40,000 nt of DNA from positions 24,461 through 64,460 of the forward strand of contig CAMCVO010000008.1 in NCBI GenBank assembly GCA_945881945.1. The letters are read 5' to 3'. The DNA comes from Bifidobacterium breve (lineage in GTDB: Bacteria; Actinomycetota; Actinomycetes; Nanopelagicales; Nanopelagicaceae). The translations under genes and the position numbers were made by a program. Shown piece by piece: positions 35,518 to 40,000 of the stretch. How positions within the stretch are numbered: position 1 is the stretch's first letter; each line of letters begins with the position of its first letter. Under the pieces are notes generated by a model. It was given only the letters and a program-made list of their open reading frames with translations, had not been told where the DNA came from and made no database searches.

Positions 35518-35902
35518 ATTTTTAAAAAAATCAGATAACGGCTCTGCAACTGCAGAGTTTGTTATCTTTACCCTTCCTTTTTTTACCGCCTTTTTAATTT
35601 TGATTACAACTGTTTCAAGTAAGAGCTTAGCGATCTCAGAGAGTGAAAACTTAGCAAGACAGACGGTGCGAGCCTTTGTTACTTCACCAAGTGCGGATTT
35701 GGCGATGGCCAGGGCCTATCAAGTACTAGAGATTTATAAATCAAAGCGATCACCAAGTGGTAATCAAATTCGGCAGATTGAATTAGATATCTCCTGCAGC
35801 TTCTACCCATGTTTTTCTCCTGGAAATATGGTTACTTCAACTATCATCGTAGGAAAAAGTGAAAAGGCATCAGCTAGTGAGTATGTAGATCTATGGCGAT
35901 AG
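35498..35902 (+). CDS. TadE-family pseudopilin
   Basis: 'KKSDNG-SATAEFVIFTLPFFTAFLILI' matches the TadE N-terminal signature (G-[SA]xxxEF plus a hydrophobic helix). Confidence 0.65.
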   Translation: MKTLPIKFLKKSDNGSATAEFVIFTLPFFTAFLILITTVSSKSLAISESENLARQTVRAFVTSPSADLAMARAYQVLEIYKSKRSPSGNQIRQIELDISCSFYPCFSPGNMVTSTIIVGKSEKASASEYVDLWR

Positions 35903-36363
35903 CAAAGATAATTTCTGGTAAAAGCCGTGGCTCATTGCTCCCACTCTCATTTGGCTTTTTTCTACTTGCGATGACACTAACCTTTATCTCGATAAATGTT
36001 GCCTCTGCTTACTCAGTTAAAAAGCAATTAACTAATCTTGCTGAGGGTGCGATTAATAAATCCGCCCAATCAATAAACTCACTTGCCTACTACGCCGAGG
36101 TAAATAGATTTAGTAGCGAAAAACGGGTGCCGCTAGATTGTATTGCTGCTCAAGCCAAGTTTTATCAATTGATTAATCAACTCAGATTGCATGAGAAACA
36201 AATCAAAGTAGATCACTTTAAATGTGAGCTATATGAAGTATCTGCTCAAGTTTCGATCGCTGGCAATATGCCAATTCAGATACCATTTATGGAATCTGTT
36301 GCGTTAAATAGATTGATAATCTCCACTCAAGTTGGCGCAAGTTCGGTATACATCCCTAATTAG
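35893..36363 (+). CDS. TadG/TadE-like pilus assembly protein candidate
   Basis: '[33 protein letters not shown]' resembles the N-terminus of actinobacterial TadG-like/Rv3654c-type proteins. 10-nt overlap with the upstream gene. Confidence 0.5.
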   Translation: MAIAKIISGKSRGSLLPLSFGFFLLAMTLTFISINVASAYSVKKQLTNLAEGAINKSAQSINSLAYYAEVNRFSSEKRVPLDCIAAQAKFYQLINQLRLHEKQIKVDHFKCELYEVSAQVSIAGNMPIQIPFMESVALNRLIISTQVGASSVYIPN

Positions 36364-36377
36364 ATTACCCTTGCCCT

Positions 36378-37484
36378 ATGGCCGCCCGAGATTATCAAGA
36401 TGAGATCAATAAAATTGATGTCACTCTTAAGTCAATTGAGCAGGTTTTAAACCTACCGAAATTAATTGAAAATGCTGCTGAATTAGAAAAGCAGGCGAGT
36501 GTGCCAAATCTTTGGGATGACCCCCAAGCAGCTCAGGTAATTACAAGTAAATTGTCCAGAGCACAATCAACTATAAATAAGATCAGTTCAATTCGAAGTA
36601 GATTAAATGATCTGCCAGTAATGGTTGAGTTATCAGCAAATGAAAGTGATAAGGCATCTGCTTTTAAAGAGGTTGATAAAGAGTTAGATGAGTTAACTCA
36701 AGTGATTAATGATCTTGAGGTACAGACTTTGTTAAGCGGTGAGTATGACGAGCGAGATGCGTTGATGACCATTAGATCAGAGGCTGGTGGCGTAGAAGCT
36801 GCTGATTGGGCGCAGATGCTGATGCGGATGTACGTTAGATTTTGTGAGCGCCATAATTACAAAATAGATGTTCTAGAAACCTCATATGCTGAAGAGGCTG
36901 GAATTAAATCAACCACATTTAGAATCTCATCCCCTTATGCATATGGCAGACTTTCCGTAGAGCAGGGGACACATCGATTAGTTCGTATCTCACCCTTTGA
37001 TTCCCAATCTCGTCGCCACACATCCTTTGCTGGCGTTGAGGTTGTGCCAGTGGTTGAGCAAAGTGATCATATTGAGATTGAAGAAAAAGATTTAAGAGTA
37101 GATGTCTATCGCTCCTCTGGCCCTGGTGGTCAAGGTGTCAACACCACTGACTCAGCGGTGAGAATTACCCACACGCCATCTGGAATTGTGGTCTCCTGTC
37201 AAAATGAAAGATCACAAATTCAAAACCGGGCAACTGCCATGGCGGTATTGCAATCTAAATTATTAGAACGACGTCGATTAGAAGAGCGCGCCAAGATGGA
37301 TGCATTAAAGGGAGATAACTCTGGCTCTTGGGGAAATCAAATGAGATCTTATGTACTTGCTCCATATCAAATGGTGAAAGATCTGCGGACAAATTTTGAA
37401 GTTGGAAATCCATCTTCCGTTTTAGATGGTGATTTGGATGGGTTTATTGAGGCAGGTATTAAATGGCGCAAGGGGCGCGAGTAA
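36378..37484 (+). CDS. prfB: peptide chain release factor 2 (single uninterrupted frame)
   Basis: 'SPF' tripeptide ('RISPFD') and 'GGQ' ('SGPGGQGVN'). Confidence 0.97.
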   Translation: MAARDYQDEINKIDVTLKSIEQVLNLPKLIENAAELEKQASVPNLWDDPQAAQVITSKLSRAQSTINKISSIRSRLNDLPVMVELSANESDKASAFKEVDKELDELTQVINDLEVQTLLSGEYDERDALMTIRSEAGGVEAADWAQMLMRMYVRFCERHNYKIDVLETSYAEEAGIKSTTFRISSPYAYGRLSVEQGTHRLVRISPFDSQSRRHTSFAGVEVVPVVEQSDHIEIEEKDLRVDVYRSSGPGGQGVNTTDSAVRITHTPSGIVVSCQNERSQIQNRATAMAVLQSKLLERRRLEERAKMDALKGDNSGSWGNQMRSYVLAPYQMVKDLRTNFEVGNPSSVLDGDLDGFIEAGIKWRKGRE

Positions 37485-37604
37485 TCTCACATTTAGCCTA
37501 AATTCTCAGTTTTATATTGCAAAAATCATCATTAAATCACCAATTAATTGTGGTTACTTATCTAAACTAGCACTAGTTGATCAGCGCACTCACCTTAAGG
37601 GGTT

Positions 37605-38300
37605 TTGATTTTGATTCGTTTTGAGAATGTCACAAAGCTCTATCCCAGACAAGATAAAGCTGCCCTAGATGGGGTCAACCTAGAGATTACTAAGGGTGAG
37701 TTTGTTTTCTTAGTTGGTTTATCTGGTTCTGGAAAATCTACCTTTTTAAGATTAGTGCTGCGAGAAGAGCGACCAAGCTCAGGTGTGATTCATGTGGCAG
37801 GAAAAGATTTAAATACTTTGGCAAACCATAAGGTGCCAGAGTTGCGCCGGCAGGTGGGAACAGTTTTCCAAGACTTTAGGTTGCTACCAAATAAGACCGT
37901 CTCTGAAAATGTTGCCTTTACCCTGCACGTCTTAGGGTATTCAAAGAAGCAGATCGGACGAGATGTACCGGAGGTTTTAGAGTTGGTCGGACTTGAAGAA
38001 AAGGGTGATCGCAAACCAAGTGAGTTATCAGGTGGTGAGCAACAACGAGTTGCCATCGCTAGAGCATATGTTTCTCGGCCAACAATTTTGATTGCCGATG
38101 AGCCAACCGGAAACTTAGATCCAGCGACCTCAGTTGGCATTATGAAATTACTAGATCGCATCAATCGAGAGGGCACCACAGTTGTAATGGCAACTCATGA
38201 TGCTGGAATTGTCGACCAAATGCGAAAGCGAGTAATTGAATTAGAAGGTGGCCATGTAATCCGCGATCAAGCCCGTGGTGTCTATGGCTATACCGGTTAA
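37605..38300 (+). CDS. ftsE: cell-division ABC ATPase FtsE
   Basis: 'GLSGSGKST', 'LSGGEQQR' and '[11 protein letters not shown]'. Followed by ftsX. Confidence 0.95.
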   Translation: MILIRFENVTKLYPRQDKAALDGVNLEITKGEFVFLVGLSGSGKSTFLRLVLREERPSSGVIHVAGKDLNTLANHKVPELRRQVGTVFQDFRLLPNKTVSENVAFTLHVLGYSKKQIGRDVPEVLELVGLEEKGDRKPSELSGGEQQRVAIARAYVSRPTILIADEPTGNLDPATSVGIMKLLDRINREGTTVVMATHDAGIVDQMRKRVIELEGGHVIRDQARGVYGYTG

Positions 38301-38329
38301 AGCCAAGATGAAAAAGATAGGGTTACCAA

Positions 38330-39232
38330 ATGCGCGCTAAGTTTGTAATGAGTGAGGTAGGTATAGGCCTGCGCCGAAACCTAACAATGACCTTTGCAGT
38401 GGTAATTACTGTTGCTATCTCTTTGTCCCTTCTTGGTATTGGCTTACTGGCAAACTCACAGGTGCGAGTAATGAAGGATTATTGGTATGACAAAATTGAG
38501 GTTTCAATATTTCTCTGTGGTTCCTTATCTGAAGGACAATCATGTGCAAATGGTGTAATCACTCAAGACCAAAAGATTGGCATTCAACGAGATCTGCAGG
38601 CACTTCCAGTTGTGCAAGAGGTTTACTACGAATCACAAACTGAAGCATTTAAACGTTTTCAAGAAAGATTTGAGGGCTCAGCAATTGCACAAAATGTCAC
38701 AGCAGATCAACTCCCTGAATCATTTAGGGTAAAACTTAAAGATCCAACTAAGTTTGCAGTTATAGAAAGTGCCTTTGCTGGCCGGCCAGGTGTTGATATT
38801 GTGCAGGATCAACGGGCAATCTTAGAAAAGTTTTTTGGATTACTAGGTGTATTGCGAAATGGTGCATTAGCAATAGGTGCCGCATCAGTATTAACCGCTG
38901 CGTTATTAATAAGTAACACTCTGCGAATAGCTGCCTTTAATAGAAGGCGGGAGACTGGGGTAATGAAGCTAGTTGGTGCATCAAGTTTTTCAATTCAGTT
39001 GCCATTTTTATTAGAGGGTATCTTTGCCGCCGTTTTTGGCTGGCTAGTCTCAACTGGATTTTTATCTGCATTTAAAGCGGTAGTGGATGCAAATGTGGCA
39101 CCACTTTTAACCTTCACCCAATTTTTCACCTGGCGCGATGTTTGGGTGGCAAGTGCCTGGCTGTTATTAACAGGTTTATTTGTTTCCGGGTTAGCATCAG
39201 TGCTCACCTTGCGTAAATATCTAAAGGTTTAA
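38330..39232 (+). CDS. ftsX: cell-division permease-like protein FtsX
   Basis: One TM, an extracellular domain, then three TMs (FtsX topology). Position after ftsE. Confidence 0.9.
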   Translation: MRAKFVMSEVGIGLRRNLTMTFAVVITVAISLSLLGIGLLANSQVRVMKDYWYDKIEVSIFLCGSLSEGQSCANGVITQDQKIGIQRDLQALPVVQEVYYESQTEAFKRFQERFEGSAIAQNVTADQLPESFRVKLKDPTKFAVIESAFAGRPGVDIVQDQRAILEKFFGLLGVLRNGALAIGAASVLTAALLISNTLRIAAFNRRRETGVMKLVGASSFSIQLPFLLEGIFAAVFGWLVSTGFLSAFKAVVDANVAPLLTFTQFFTWRDVWVASAWLLLTGLFVSGLASVLTLRKYLKV

Positions 39233-39261
39233 CCACCTCCGCACAACTGAAAGATTGGGGG

Positions 39262-39783
39262 TTGCTTGTGGTCAAAGAGTTAGGCAAGAAGGTAATTGCC
39301 CAAAATAAAAGCGCCCGCCATGACTACTTTATTGAAGAGGTCTATGAGTGTGGGTTGGTGCTAACTGGCACTGAGGTTAAATCCTTAAGAGCAGGACGGG
39401 CCTCATTAACTGATGGTTATGCAATGGCAAAAGATGGTGAGATTTGGGTAAGTGGTATCCACATTCCTGAATACAACCAGGGCTCTTGGACAAATCATCC
39501 ACCACGGCGAGATCGCAAATTACTTCTTCACAAACGAGAGATTGCTCAGATCTCAGGTGTGATTAAGCAAGGTGGTTTAACCCTAATTCCCCTTTCACTT
39601 TACTTTAAAGATGGCAAAGCAAAGGTTGAGATTGCAGTTGCAAAGGGTAAGAAAGCACATGACAAGCGAAATACATTGATGGAGCAGCAGATGACCCGTG
39701 AAGTAAACCGTGAGTTATCTAGGCGCACCACTGGTAAAAGTAGTAGTGGAAAGCGCAAAAAATCTGATGCTGATTACGATTAG
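39262..39783 (+). CDS. smpB: SsrA-binding protein SmpB
   Basis: '[12 protein letters not shown]...[13 protein letters not shown]' is the canonical SmpB N-terminus. Followed by tmRNA. Confidence 0.97.
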   Translation: MLVVKELGKKVIAQNKSARHDYFIEEVYECGLVLTGTEVKSLRAGRASLTDGYAMAKDGEIWVSGIHIPEYNQGSWTNHPPRRDRKLLLHKREIAQISGVIKQGGLTLIPLSLYFKDGKAKVEIAVAKGKKAHDKRNTLMEQQMTREVNRELSRRTTGKSSSGKRKKSDADYD

Positions 39784-39868
39784 TAACCTAATTAACAGTA
39801 TTTATAAATAAGCTGTAAAATAACCCTTTCAAACAACTAAATATTGAATAGTAATTCGCTTTAATCTT

Positions 39869-40000
39869 GGGGGTGAACGGTCTCGACTTTAGTCGTTACT
39901 TCAAGGCAAGCGGGCCGAGGAAGCCGTGATGATCTCGTTAACCACAAAAACATGGCAAACTATAAGCGCAAGTAAAACTGCCGCTGATTATCAACTAGCT
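39869..40000 (+). ncRNA. ssrA: tmRNA (ssrA), 5' portion, truncated by the window end
   Basis: It starts 'GGGGGUGAACGGUCUCGAC', the canonical tmRNA acceptor/5' end, and lies immediately downstream of smpB. An in-frame tag candidate, GCA AGT AAA ACT GCC GCT GAT TAT CAA CTA GCT (ASKTAADYQLA...), runs off the window. Confidence 0.9.

Noticed and set aside
36378-36520. Programmed +1 frameshift site in prfB (CUU UGA C type)
   Set aside because: RF2 is encoded in one uninterrupted frame from ATG 36378 (368 aa), with no in-frame UGA near codon 25. Frameshift-less prfB is known in several lineages.
1-40000. Mobile elements, prophage, CRISPR arrays, toxin-antitoxin or known defence systems, and tRNA/rRNA genes
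   Set aside because: No transposase, integrase or Cas-like ORFs. No arrayed direct repeats. No GC-rich cloverleaf-sized segments in any spacer. Every ORF of 100 aa or more is accounted for by housekeeping or envelope functions.

Overview
This is a 40-kb, very gene-dense stretch of an actinobacterial chromosome. It holds about 45 CDS, most junctions are overlapping or under 120 bp, and GC is low (roughly 40-45% by eye).

Lineage markers: two WhiB-family proteins, MtrA/MtrB, an MshB-type (mycothiol) deacetylase, DUF3107, DUF3499, an Rv3235-family protein and a PdtaS-type kinase.

Gene order follows the conserved actinobacterial backbone as I recall it from Mycobacterium and Corynebacterium:
- mshB ... 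fdx-dapC
- manC-whiB-GT-DUF3499-manB
- ahcY-mtrAB-comF-secA
- pdtaS-whiB1
- prfB-ftsEX-smpB-ssrA

Low GC plus extreme compaction suggests a streamlined planktonic actinobacterium, acI/Nanopelagicales-like. That is inference only.

I found no rRNA, tRNA, CRISPR, transposase, integrase, phage or recognisable defence genes. The only RNA gene is the 5' part of tmRNA at the right edge.

I do not see a clear-cut novel multi-gene system. The items most worth a second look are:
1. An orphan four-gene prepilin-like (Flp/TadE/TadG-like) module fused to the prfB operon. A SAF/TadZ-like pair lies 13 kb upstream, and no Tad motor genes lie between them.
2. An uncharacterised GT2-polytopic-membrane fusion plus a DUF5719-like protein, embedded between manC/whiB and manB.
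3. mtrAB without lpqB.
4. Two outlier non-coding spacers (whiB1|msrA 322 bp; terC|aminotransferase 550-630 bp with a 16% GC core) carrying perfect palindromes.
5. A dapC whose conserved N-terminus lies upstream of any canonical start codon.

All functional calls come from motif and family recognition by eye. No searches were run.
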